Shown here piece by piece: positions 50,396-62,592 of a stretch of DNA of 64,000 bases. Every line of letters begins with the position of its first letter. Position 1 is the first letter of the stretch. The notes under the pieces were generated by a model. That model ran no database searches and was not told where the DNA came from. It saw only the letters and a list, made by a program, of their open reading frames with translations. The stretch is from Squalus acanthias (Eukaryota), in contig CM059432.1 of NCBI GenBank assembly GCA_030390025.1, positions 12,772,001-12,836,000 on the forward strand, read 5' to 3'. Made by a program: the position numbers and the translations under genes.

Positions 50396-52376
50396 ACAAC
50401 AAAACTCCAAACCCCAGCCTGGTCTCAAGCAACACCACGGGAGCTCAATTAGTACATCATTATTTTACAACTGAGACATTGAATATATTCAACTACAGGG
50501 GAGTCAAGGGTTATGGGGAGCGGGCAGAAAAGTGGTGTTGCGGCCAAGATCAGATCAGCCATGATCTTATTGAATGGCGGAGCAGGCTCGAGGGGCCGAA
50601 TGGCCGACTCCTGCTCCTATTTCTTACGTTCTTATGTTCAATGTAAACATTGGCGCATAAAATACGCTGAAACGTTACCAAGCATTACAGTGCCGGAAAT
50701 CTCACCAACCATTCGCACATGGCCTGAAAAGTCTAAACGCAAAATTCAACTTTTTAAATGCGGGGCAATCTGGAAACTTTGCTGAAAAGTCGATGGCATT
50801 GAGGAGGAGTTGTAAAGAAATGAAGTTGTGACTAGTTTATAGTGCATCAGTTGGCTCCGTATTTACCATAATTTACATATAAAATTTCGATTGGAAAAAA
50901 TCCCCGTGATTTTTTTTCCGACATTCTCGGAATGACGCTAACAGTCCTATTTTGCTTTGCTCTCATGCAATTTTAGAGGCAGTGTTTTCATTTTTCAGGG
51001 TTCTCAGCAAGTCCTGGCCTATCCTGCCTGCAAGGTCTGGCCTCCAGCAGTGGCAGAAATATAAGAAAGCAGATGTTCCCAAGATTAATAACAATGTTTT
51101 CCTTGTGTGGGAAAACGAACTGCTGGGTAATTTAGATACATATGGCTCTGTAGCCTAGATCTTTGCAGTGAAGAATTTGGCAGTTTTCCGATGAACCAAA
51201 ATTATAGCATCATAATAACAAGATCTTCTGGAGGCGGGTGACGGGGTTGGGGGAGGGGGGAAAACCAGTACAGAAATTAGATATAAGTGAAAAAAGAAAA
51301 TTCTGCTCTCGCTGAAAGGATGTTGATTCAAAAGTGTTCGTGTTCTCTAAGGACACAGGAAACTCCCGCACAAGTCCGGCACCCAACAGATCTGGGTCCC
51401 AAAGGAGATTGCAGTGATTCTGGTGAACTCCTGATGGAGTTACATCAAGAGAGCCCTGGGGCGGCCCCGCTAACTGTTGACGAGGTGAATTGATCGATTG
51501 AAAAGTAAAAAAAGGTTGACCAACCGTTCTGAGAATGGGATAAAGATAAATAATTTTTGAAAAAATAATAGGGCACAAGTCGTTACGGTCTGGAATGCCC
51601 TGCCTGAATGGGTGGTGGAAGCCGATTCACTGGTATCTTTCAAAAGGGTATTGGCTATCTACTTGAAAAGGAGAAATTTGCAGGGCTATGAGGAAGAGTT
51701 CAATGAAGAGAGAATTGGAGAAATTGAGCCTGGAGGTATCAATGAGGGCTTCAGGAGTGGTGGGTGTGAAATAGGGACAGAGACTGACAACATTGCAGGG
51801 GTGGAAATAGGCAGTGTCTGTGATTGAGTGAAAGCAGCCAGAGAGAGGGATGAAATCAAGGGCTAGGATGCGGAATTTCTAACTGAACATTATCCTTCTG
51901 AACAAATAGTATGTTATTAATTTGCCACTGCTGCTTTAATAGAACAAGTTATACATTTAGAAACTTATTAGGTATTAATTTCTTCTGAAGCTAGAGGCCG
52001 AGGGTACCGAACTGCTAAAATGAAAGTTTCTTTAGCCTGCCAGCTACAATGCTACATAAAAAGAGTATTATCATTTTCAACTCGTGTTCTAGTGGGTGTG
52101 TACCCGTAACGCTAAATTGTCTACAAATTGGAATTAATTGGCATTAGATTGGCAATCTTACCAAGAAAAACTACAAGGATGATTGCTGTTTGAAGTATGA
52201 AAGAAATGGCATCGGTGCAGTGGGCGTTACAGTTCTGAGGTTTGAATGAAGGTGCATGTCTGGGGTAGAGTGAGCTTTGCTCTGCATTTGGCCGTGTTGT
52301 AACTGCTGAGGGAATACTTGGGGGTGGGAGAGATAAAATTCCTACCATTATTGGAAAAAAGCTAATGAAAAGCCTT

Positions 52377-52717
52377 AAATAAAAACAGAAAATGCTGGAA
52401 ATACTCAGCAGGTCAGGCAGCATCTGTGGAGAGAGAGAAACAGAGTTAACGTTTCAGGTCGATGACCCTTCGTCAGAACTGGAAAAAGTTGGAGCTGGAA
52501 CAGGTTTTTAAGCAAGTGCAGGGGCAGGGAAAGGGGGGAGGGGAGGAAAGAACAAAAGGGAAGGTCTGTGATAGGATGGAAGGCAGGAGAGATTAAGAGA
52601 CAAAAGGGATGATGGTGCATGGCAAAAGAGATGGTAATGGGACAAGTTAAGAAACAAAAGATGACTCTCGATGAAGTGTAAATGGGAATGGCAGAATCAT
52701 CAACAGCTGCCATCTGA
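52377..52717 (-). mobile_element. Penelope pLTR/3' UTR
   Basis: Matches about 8746-9070; TSD aaaagcctt (52368-52376/52718-52726). Confidence 0.88.
52444..52480 (-). ncRNA. Minimal hammerhead ribozyme motif
   Basis: agtt-CTGACGA-a-gggtc.atc.gacct-GAAA-cg-TT-aact. Confidence 0.82.
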
Positions 52718-53071
52718 AAAAGCCTTGTTTGGTACTTATGCCAACTATTTTGTTAAAATTATTGGCAGGAGGAATTCCCTTTGTTTTTGACACATTTGGA
52801 TATGGAATTTCCCGGTGATGGGGGGAGTGGGGGTGGTGTGGTGGGGTGGGGGGGGCGGGGGTGGTCGGCTATCCCGATCTCCTGCCGTACCTTCAGCAGA
52901 AGGTAGACAGAAATCCCAGATAAATGGCATTGTCGCCAAGCTCCCATCAATGGAGAGATTGGGAGATCCTCCACAGAAGTTTCAAAATGTGAAATTAAAT
53001 GTATTACCTTGACAGGCACAAAGTTAACCAAACCTAATAAAACTATCTCAAAAACAAAAGAACAAGTATTC

Positions 53072-53210
53072 ATTGATGAAAGGTCATCGACCTGAAACCT
53101 TAACTCTCTTTCTCTCTCTCTCCACGGATGCTGCCTGGCCTGCTGAGTATTTCCATCATTTTCTGGTTTCATTTCAGATTGCCAGCATCCGCAGCATTCT
53201 GCTTTTGTAC
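53072..53210 (+). mobile_element. Penelope 3' fragment with degenerate hammerhead
   Basis: ttgatgaaaggtcatcgacctgaaaccttaac (core mutated). Confidence 0.75.
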
Positions 53211-54990
53211 TAATTTCCTTCTATGTTGGACATTAGCCACTGATCAAGCCAATCGGGTTCTTCCTCCATGTCTTTTCCTCTGAAGTCCACATTCTAAGGT
53301 TAGGCAGGACAAGCACTCTTACATTACAAATATTCCCCCCGGATGCTTACTGCTTTCAAATGTCTCTCCAATTATTAATGATTCTTGAACCCTTCAGATG
53401 TGCTGTTTGCCACTTTCTAACCCCTGATTTCAATCTGGCAGGCTACATCTGGCAGGCTGTGGAGGCTCAGTCGTTGAGTATATTCAAAACAGAGATCGAT
53501 AGATTTTTGGATATTAAGGGAATCAAGGGATATGGGGATAGTGCAGGATAGTGGAGATGAGGTAAATGATCAGCCATGATCTTATTGAATGGCTCGAAGG
53601 GCCAAATGGCTTACTCCTGCTCCTAATTCTTATATTCTTGTATTACATTGCCAGATGGCACTGTTTTACAGCAATGTATTTGCTATACTAATATTCCAGG
53701 ATTTTCATGGGTCAAAGTTTTTATTGAAATGTGTTAATTTTAATATTATTGCTAGAATTTCCATTAATTCTGCAATATTGAGTTTTTACGCAGCATTGTA
53801 TTAATATTTATTTTTGTATTACATCAGAGTACTGCCATGTTTACAGCTATTTAAGTCTATCAAGAGATTTTTGTCTCTTTTAACAGAGTGTTGTGTTATC
53901 GCAAATAAAAACTAAATCCAATTTTGACAAACATCGCCCCTCTTTTTTTCCCTCTGATACTAATGGACTTGATGTGTACTTCCAGCAATTTCTGTCTCTG
54001 TGTCAGACTGCCAGCATTTACTGTTTTCGACTTCCCATTCATTCTGGTATATCAGACTAGGGTGATAGGCAGCCTTCCCATACGGAGAGAGGCGAATAAA
54101 AGCATTCCAATGCTCAACAAAGTTTATATTTAACGAAAAGCACAATTCTGGCCTTCCTGCCAGCGATCTTCCTGTTGCTGTTAACATCTCCTTTTAAAAA
54201 ATGGGATTTGCTACTTTTAGCGACAGTTTTAAAAGAAGAAGCTCTGAGCCCAGCTGCTGGATTAGCATAATGGGTTCACAGCCCAGCTTTAAAAGCTTTC
54301 ATTGCCGCTGGGATTTGTGGTTAGCGCTGCAGGGGATGATTCTATCATTGTTTCCTCTCAGCCCTCAAAGAAGAACGGTATTGTTTCTCGAGCAATGGAT
54401 GGAGAGCTGGAATAGGAGGCCTTTGTTTTGTTTTTAAAATGAAAATTAAAAATGTGTTCACAAATCCATACATCACGTTGCCAGAAATAAGTTATGCTAC
54501 AAAGAGCTGGTGAACAACACACGGTGGCCTTGATAATTCACTGCATCCTCAGTGTTTGGTTTCTTGGCAACTGTAGCCTAGCATCAACCGGGTATTCTGG
54601 GATGACTATTTACCAATTATTGTCATACATGTCTCATTTGCAAACAGTGCTACTTCCATAGGAGGAACGAGAAAATATAAAACAGGCACACCACACTGCT
54701 CTTTCTGTAGTCCTCACAATGCGTTTGCTCATTTCCAGCACATGCTAACTCTCCATTATGACGCTGCTGATCATAACCTAAAATAAACCTCAAAAAGATT
54801 AGGATCTTTTTCTAATAAAAAGGATCTTCCAAGACACATACATCATGATTTGACGAAGGCAGTGAGGTGAGAACACACTCTTCAATCAGTTCCAATGCAC
54901 CGGTGTTATCTCATTCCATCCAGTAACGGTTGTTGCCTGTTTAGAAACCATCAGAAGGCAAAACAGAAAAACCGCTGGAAATACACAATG

Positions 54991-55420
54991 GCCTGGAGTT
55001 TCCGCTCGGTTGCGCTGGTTTTTTCAGCGCAACTCGCCCATAATCGGCCAAACCAGCGTGAAGGACCGAGGAGTTTCAAGCGCAAGTTACGTCCAGCGGG
55101 TTTCCGCGATCTCTTGCGCTGGTTTAAAAAAAAAATCATGCTGGAAGCCGGCCCCGCCCACAAGATTGGCCACGCCCCCCCCCCCCCCCCCCAGATTGAA
55201 TTAATCACCATGGCGAGTTTCCGCTAACTGCGCCTGTTTGCGGTCCTTCGACAAGGTTCTTAAAATTAAGCTGGTTTTATTAGGCGCAAGGGCATCTTTC
55301 AGAAGCTTTTAGATATTAAAAATATTTAATTTACTAAGAAACTGACTACTGTACACCAATGAAACTAGTAAATAGTTTTTTTTAAGTCATTTTCAATTAT
55401 TTAAAATCAGGTTGCCCACA
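54991..55420. mobile_element. Truncated Harbinger-type MITE
   Basis: aat|ggcctggagtttccgc end, GC-rich arm then AT-rich segment. Confidence 0.5.
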
Positions 55421-55441
55421 GGTGATGGACTTGACACTCTT

Positions 55442-55915
55442 GACAGCTGTGGCTCAGTGGGCAGCACTCTCACCTCTGAGTCAGAAGGTTGTAGGATTCA
55501 AGTCCCACTCCGGAGACTTGAGCACAAAAATCTAGGCTGACACTCCCATGCAGTACTGAGGGAGTGCTGCCCTGTCAAGAGGTGCCGTTTTTCAAATGTA
55601 GATGTTAAACCAAGGGACCTGACTGCTCTCTCAGATGGATGTAAACGATCTCATGTCACTATTTTGAAGAAGAACAGGGGAGTTATCCCCAGTGTCCTGG
55701 TCAATATTTATCCCTCAATCAACATCACAAAAACAGATTATCTGCTCATTATCACATTGCTGTCTGTGGGAGCTTGCTGTGCACAAATTAGCTGCCGCGT
55801 TTCCTACATTACAACAGTGACTGCACTTCAATAATATTTCATTGGCTGTAAAGCGCTTTGTGACATCCTGAGGTTGTGAAAGATGCTATATAAATGCAAA
55901 TCTTTATTCTTTTAT
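55442..55915 (+). mobile_element. SacSINE1-like SINE, full length
   Basis: Head, core and tail. Confidence 0.9.
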
Positions 55916-56642
55916 TTTTCTTATTAAAAATGCTTATCAGCACCTGAAAAAACCCTGCAGATTCTGATGATAGGTCCTATCTGAAATGCTATCCTCTCTT
56001 CCTCTTTCAGGAGCTGGCTGACCTGCTCTGCATCCTCAGAGTTTTTGGATATTATTTCAGATTTTCAGGATTCGTGGTCTTTTTAATCTCCGTTTTTTTT
56101 TAAACTCCAGTTTGCTGTTCAATGCAAACGGGGATCAGGATACAGGAAAAGGCGTATTTGCCCCATTTCACAGAACGAATGCGTTCCTCATAAAAATAAG
56201 AAAGCTGTGTCTTTTTTCTCAAACTAACAAGAATGCTCTAAATGCTTTTCAGCCAATCTCGGAACCATTGAGCTAAGTAGGTGAGAGGAAAAGCCCATTC
56301 CTTTGAACCTGAATCTGTGTTTATTAGGAGAGAGAGAGAGCGATAAACTAATTATGCTGGAAACCTGGAAAAACAACGCACAAGACATTGAAAATGCACA
56401 GCAGGTTAATCAGGATCTGAAAGAGAAAGATTAATGGTTGGATACTTTATCAGAACTTTATTTATTGATCTGAAGAAAAATTAAGTTGGATGAAGACATC
56501 ACCAGGCAATTTATTAATTGAGCATAGGCACGTACTGTGAGTAGAGGAAGATGGCGACAGTTGCCAGACAAGCAGGCCAAGTGCAGTTGTGGAATATTTA
56601 AGAAGGACCTTTGCATGTGTGCCTGGGACTTTACAATACAAT

Positions 56643-57386
56643 GGGCCAAAAATTGATCCCGCTGCGCGAGAGTACGCACTGCGTACTCTCGCGTATTCTC
56701 TCTCCAATTGCCGGTTTTCTGCATGCCCTGCGCATGCGCTGAAAACCGGCACTTGGTCTTTTGAAAAGGGGGCGGTTCCTCGGTGCATCGCGTGCGCGCT
56801 ACAGGCTGCGCGCACGCTGTGCACTTCGTGCTTTGGACGCGCAGGTAAGGACGGAAGATTTTAGAAATGGAAAAAGGAGGAGTAAGACCCACTTTTAACA
56901 AGGTAAGTAGTGAATTAAGTATTTTTTTGAATTTTTTTTAACAGGTATATCTTTTTTAGAGACTTTAAAGACAGGTAAGTTTATTTTTATAACTTTTTAA
57001 AAGATTTTAAATTTTTTCAAAAATTTAATTTTTTATTTAAAATGGTTAATTTATTTAACTATACTTATTTTATTAATGTGATGGTTTTTTTTTTTAATTT
57101 AATTGAGGTTTAGCTGTTATTTTGGGGGGGTGTAAGATTCATAGATTTCACAGCACGTATGTGAAACTTATGAATGGAAGATGGTGTGCTGCCATTGGCT
57201 CTAACTGAGTCACGTGATCCCACAGCTCGCACGAATTCACTACGCCGGTGGGATACGCAAGCACTGCCCAGCTGATGTCTAGAACATCAAGTTCGTGCGA
57301 GCTGGATCTGAAAAAGCCAACGCGGAGTGAGAGATCGCGGGGAAGCCTTACCCCCGCGGGAACAGAGCGAGATCAATTTCTGGGCC
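56643..57386 (-). mobile_element. Harbinger-type MITE, family A copy 3 (744 bp)
   Basis: Reverse complement of 13398-14141; perfect TSD aat. Confidence 0.92.
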
Positions 57387-57414
57387 AATATTGAGAAAGC
57401 TGATTAAGGTGAAT

Positions 57415-57803
57415 GTTATAAAGAAAGACTTGCATTTACATAGCAGCAGCCAATTTGCGCACAGCAAGCTCCCACAAACAGCAATGTGACAATGACCAGA
57501 TAATCTGTTTTTTTAGTGATGTTGATTGAGGGATAAATATTGGCCCCAGGACACCAGGAATGACTCCACTGCTCTTCTTCGAAATAGTGCCATGGATCTT
57601 TTATGTCCACCTGGGAGAGCAGACAGGGGCTCGGTTTAACATCTCATCCGAAAGACGGTACCTCCAACAGTGTAGCACTCCCTCAGCGCTGCACTGAAGT
57701 GTCAGCCTAGATTTTTGTGTTCAAGTCTCTGGAGTGGGACTGTGAACCCACAACCTTCTGACTCAGAGGCAAGAGTGCTGCCCACTGAGCCACTGGCTGA
57801 CAC
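57415..57803 (-). mobile_element. SacSINE1-like SINE
   Basis: Head at about 57740-57803; internal deletion near the tail. Confidence 0.88.
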
Positions 57804-57992
57804 TGTATGCAGTACATTTCATCTGCTTTTACTATATTAGGATATTGTTTCAAAAGTTCTGCATTTCAAACTTATCAGAACCTGGGGATTTATTTCCACA
57901 ACTATTCGTTTAGGTGTCTCGGGCTTCTTAAGTTTCTTTGGACCATTGAGAATTGAACACAACAGTCTTTGTTGCCACACTGTGGAGATTAT

Positions 57993-58717
57993 GGCCCGGC
58001 TTTTCCGGGGCCTATGACCGCGTACGCGGCCGTAAGTGCCCGGCAACTTCTAGGTTTCCGTGTGCGCTGCGCATGCGCGAAAACCCGGACCTTGCCACCT
58101 GTCAAGTTTCAGCTTGACAGATCCTCCGTATCCCCGGGTAATGGACATTCGCGGGTGGAGAGTTGGGCTATTTGCCCAACTCCTGACCAGCGAAAGCCTG
58201 TGAAACTGTTACGCCTGGTAAAGGCAGGTGTAGGGCCTTCTTTTACCAGCGTAAGAGTTTAAATAAATATTTATATATAATTTAAAAAATGACTTAAACA
58301 TAAAAAAGCTTTAAAATTAGTTATATGTTATTTTTAGCCCCTTTAAAACGTTTAAATTTCTTTTTCAAAAAATTAAATTTTTGTTTTAAATGTTTAATTT
58401 AATTGTATTTTAATTAATTTTGAACATGTAATGATTTATTTTCATTTAACTGGTGTGTAATTGTGTTTTTATGGGGTTCCTATTCATGCTTATGGGGACT
58501 CCGCACGTAAATAGAATCCCCATAAGCATAATGGTTGGGCCAGCCCATGTGATCCCAGGGACGCTTGTGAACCGCGGCACCCCTGGGATACGAGAACCTT
58601 TACCCAGGCCCAGGAGCGCGAGTCTACGAACCTCCGGGACCATCAGGCGGGTTTGTACTTTTCTTGCGGTTCGGAGGCATTCGCCCACGAGAAGCCTCCG
58701 ACTGCAAATTCAGGTGC
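57993..58717. mobile_element. Harbinger-type MITE, family C (about 725 bp)
   Basis: tat|ggcccggcttttcc ... gcaaattcaggtgc|aat; GC arms, AT-rich centre. Confidence 0.65.
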
Positions 58718-58809
58718 AATATTTTATATTTTCTGCAATATTGTGGTGCTTATTGAATTTTGCACATATTAGTAACTTTTTTTTAGAGATAATTGCCAAT
58801 ACATTTCCT

Positions 58810-59165
58810 AGAATCTTAGAATCATACAACACAGAAGGAGGCCATCTGCCTCTGCCGGCATTTAAAAGAGCAATTCAATTAGTCCCACTCCCCTGCTCTT
58901 TCCCCACAGCCCTGTAAATTTTTCCTTTTTTAAATATATATCTACTTCCCTTTTGAAATTTACTATTGAATCCGCTTCCACCACCCTTTCAGGCAGGGCA
59001 CTCCAGATCACAACAAGTCGTTGAGTAAAGAAAATTCTCCTCATCGCCCTCTGGTTCTTTTGCCAATTATCTTAAATCTGTGTCCTCTGGTCACCGACCC
59101 TCCTGCCACTGGAAACAATTTCTCCCGATCTGCTCTGTCAAAACCCCTCATAATTTTGAACACCA
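58810..59165 (-). mobile_element. CR1 3' fragment
   Basis: FKIMRGFDRADREKLFP; RIFFTQRLVVIWSALPERVVEA. Confidence 0.88.
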
Positions 59166-59294
59166 AATTTCTTTGCACTTCTGAAGTTGTCAACATGGGT
59201 TTCAGCCCAAAGAACAGATCTTTGAATTTTATGAACTTTGATAAGATTTTGATTCTGTAGAATATGATTATTTTTAACATCCTCAATCCATACG

Positions 59295-59900
59295 AAGCGG
59301 TGGAAGTTATGTTACAGTTTATATAAAGCTCTGGTCAGACCGCATTTAGAGCACTGCACTCAGTTCTGGGCACCGCACCTCAGGAAGGATATATTGGCCT
59401 TGGAGAGGATGCAACGCAGATTCACCAGAATGATACTGGGGCTAAAAGGGTTCAATTATGGGGACAGAGTGCATAGAATAGGCTTGTATTCCCTTGAGTA
59501 TAGACGATTAAGGGGTGAGCTAATTGAGATGTTTAATATGATTAAAGGATATGATTGGGTAGATAGAGAGAAACTATTTCCTCTGGTAGGGGAGTCCAGA
59601 ACAAGGGGGCATAACCTTAAAATTAGAGCTAGGCCGTTCAGGGGTGATGGCAGGAAGCACTTCTTCACACAAAAGGTGGTGGAAATCGGAAACTCTATCT
59701 CCCAAAAAGCTGTTGAGGCTGGGGGGTCAATTGAAAATTTAAAAACTGAGATTGATAGCTTTTTGTTAGACAAGGGTATTAAGGGTTACGGAACCAAGGC
59801 GGGTAGATGGAGTTAAGATACAGATCAGATCAACCTTGATCTAATTGAATGGTGGAACAGACTCGAGGGGCTGAGTGGCCTACCCCTGTTCCTATGTTCC
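59295..59900 (+). mobile_element. CR1 3' fragment
   Basis: ALERMQRRFTRMI..YSLEYRRLRGELIE. Confidence 0.92.
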
Positions 59901-60895
59901 CGTAAATTGGCATGGTAGCGTACCCGCAAGGGGAAGGAGCCAAGTCGTTTCGGTTGCAACTGGCTGTTGGATGCGCCAGCCTTCACTGCATGGTAATAAC
60001 AGGTGTTCTTGAAGCCCATGGCACTGTTCTGCATCTCACTTACTGGTGCCCTGGACCCTGTGAAGAGAGTGCCTTCAAATATAAACTGTATCCAAAATGT
60101 GTTACTTCATTCCTTGGTTTGACTTTATCTGACAGACAAAATGACAGTGTGTTGCATTTTTTTTTACCAGGTGATAAAAAATGAAACAAAAGGTTCTTCT
60201 TCTTTGGGTCGAGTGCCCTTGAGCATTAGATTAAAAATTATGAACAGTGCAGTTTATGACTGAAGCATTGTTCAAAAATTGTGTAAGGGATCTAACATGA
60301 TTCTCTTATCCGCATAGCACAGTATTTCACTAATTCCCATAAACAGATAGCTACAATTTTCAAAAATATGTGCTTAAATGACACTTTAGAAAGGGTTGTG
60401 TATCACTAACAGTATATTTGATTAGTTAAGTCAACTAACTTAAGATCCACTTCAGGACAATTTAAGGTATTTAAGATTAGGTTCAGTCTGAGATCTAGTT
60501 CAGTTGATGTTCAGTCTGTCCTCTATAGGGTCAGTCGCTCGGTAACTCTGTATCTCCGTAGCTCCATTGATATAAAGTTATGGTGGTGGCAAAGGATAGC
60601 TTCCTTTAAGGCTAAGTCCAGCCCTTCTGCTGTTCTAACATGTCTGTTCTGTATTTTTTGATTGTCAATCTGAGTACAGAAAAGACCTTGGATGCTAAGT
60701 GTTGGTAGTATAAGATTTAAACACTAAGAGAAGCATTGTACAACCTTAGCTCAGTGGTAGCTCTCTTACCTGTGAGTCATGAGGTTGTTGGTCCAGAGAC
60801 TTGAGCACATAATCCTAGGCTGACACCCCAGTACAGCACTAAAGGAGTGCTGTCGGAGTTGCCGTCTTTCAGATGAGATGTTAAACCGAGACGAG

Positions 60896-61777
60896 TTAGG
60901 ACACGGGCAGCCGAGTTTTGGATGACTTCAGGTTTACATAGGGTAGAATGTGGGAGGCCAGCCAGGAGTGCATTGGGTAGGCATGGATGAGGGTTTCAGC
61001 AGCGGATGAGCTGAGGCAAGGGCGGAGACGGGTGATGTTAGGGAGGTGGAAATAGGCGGTCTTAGTTATGCTGTGGATATGTGGTCGGAAGCTAATTTCA
61101 GGGTCAAATATGACACCAAGGTTGAGAACAGTGTGGTTTAGCATCAGACAGATGTTAGGGAGAGGGATGGAGTCAGTGGCTAGGGAACGGAGTTTGTGGC
61201 GGGGACTGAAAACAATGGCTTTGGTCTTTAATTGGAGAAAATTTCTGCTCATCCAGAACTGGATGTCAGAGAAGCAGTCTGACAATTTAGAGACCATGGA
61301 GGGGTCGAGAGAGTGGTGGTGAGGTAGAGCTGGGTGTCGTCACCGTAAATGTGGAAACTGACGCTGTGTTTTCGGATGATGTCGCCAAGGGGCAGCATGC
61401 AGATGAGAAATAGGAGGGGGCCAAGGATAGATCCTTGGGGGACACCAGAGGTAACGGTGCGAGAGCGGGAAGAGAAGCCGTTGCAGGTGATTCTCTGGCT
61501 ACGATTAAATAGATAAGAATGGAACCAGGCAAGTGCAGTCCCACCCAGCTGGATGACGGTGGAGAGGTGTTGGAGAAGAATGGAGTGGTCAACCGTGTCA
61601 AAGGCTGCAGACAATCCAAGAAGGATGAGGAGGGATAGTTTACCTTTATCACAGTCACAAAGGATGTCATTTGTGACTTTGATGAGAGCTGTTTCAGTAC
61701 TGTGGCAGGAGCGGAAACCTGATTGGAGGGATTCAAACATGGAGTTGCGGGAAAGATGGACACGGATTTGGGAGGCG
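60896..61777 (-). mobile_element. L2 RT fragment
   Basis: QSGFRSCHSTETALIKVTNDIL..LSAAFDTVDH..GVPQGSILGP..YGDDTQLY. Confidence 0.93.
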
Positions 61778-61848
61778 AATAGCAGGGGAGTTCTCCCTGG
61801 TGGTCCTGGTCAATATTTATCCCTTAACCAACTTCACTAAAACAGATT

Positions 61849-62592
61849 GGCCTAAAAATTCGGTTGCTTTGCGCCTCCCGTTAGCGCCCTCTCTAACGGG
61901 GGGCGCAAAGCAACTAGCGCCCAGGCGCGGCGCCGCCAACGCCTCCCGCGAAATTCAGCGGGAGGTTAGCTGGCAGCGATAACCGTTAGCGCCCCGTGGC
62001 GCTGCACTGCTGGCAATGGTGTCTTCGCCGTGCGCAGCGCCCCGCTTGCGCACTGGCCGAGATCTTCGGTAGCGCCTCCTGACTTACTGGCAGACGCTGT
62101 ATCCGACGGGGTCAGGGGGGCCTACCAGCGGCCGGGGCGGCGCTAATTAAAGGCGAGGTGCCGGGTGGCCATTTTTGTTGCTGGCTGCCTGCCAGCACCT
62201 GCCCCCGTTGCCGTCCCCGGCCTCCTGACCCACAGCACCCCCCCCCCCCCCGACCCCGTGGAGTGCCGCCTGCGCTCCGTGAGCCCGGCACTTCTCCTGA
62301 GTGCCAGACTCTTTTGCCGGCACGCTGATCCCTGGTGGCCCTGCTGGGCCCCAGGTCGCGCTGCGCAAGGCCCCTCCCCTTTAAGAAGGGGAGGAAGGCC
62401 TGCAGTACTGCAGCGCGACGTGCTGCAGCGGTAGCACCGCGATATTCCCTCGCAGCGCCCCAAGAGGGAGGCGGGGCGCTTCCAGTAGCGCCCCGCTTCC
62501 CTCTTGGGGCGTTACCGATGAATTTCCGCTGCGAGGGTGCTAAATTTTTCGGGGCACTATGCCCCAAAGGGGTGCGACTCAATCTTTCCCCC
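61849..62592. mobile_element. Harbinger-type MITE, family D (744 bp, GC-rich)
   Basis: Perfect TSD att inside SINE aaacag-att-atct; imperfect TIR ggcctaaaaattcggttgc / gcgactcaatctttccccc. Confidence 0.75.

Noticed and set aside
55960..56000. Additional hammerhead (ctgatgataggtcctatctgaaatgc)
   Set aside because: Old Penelope remnant with degenerate stems and cleavage site; unlikely to be functional
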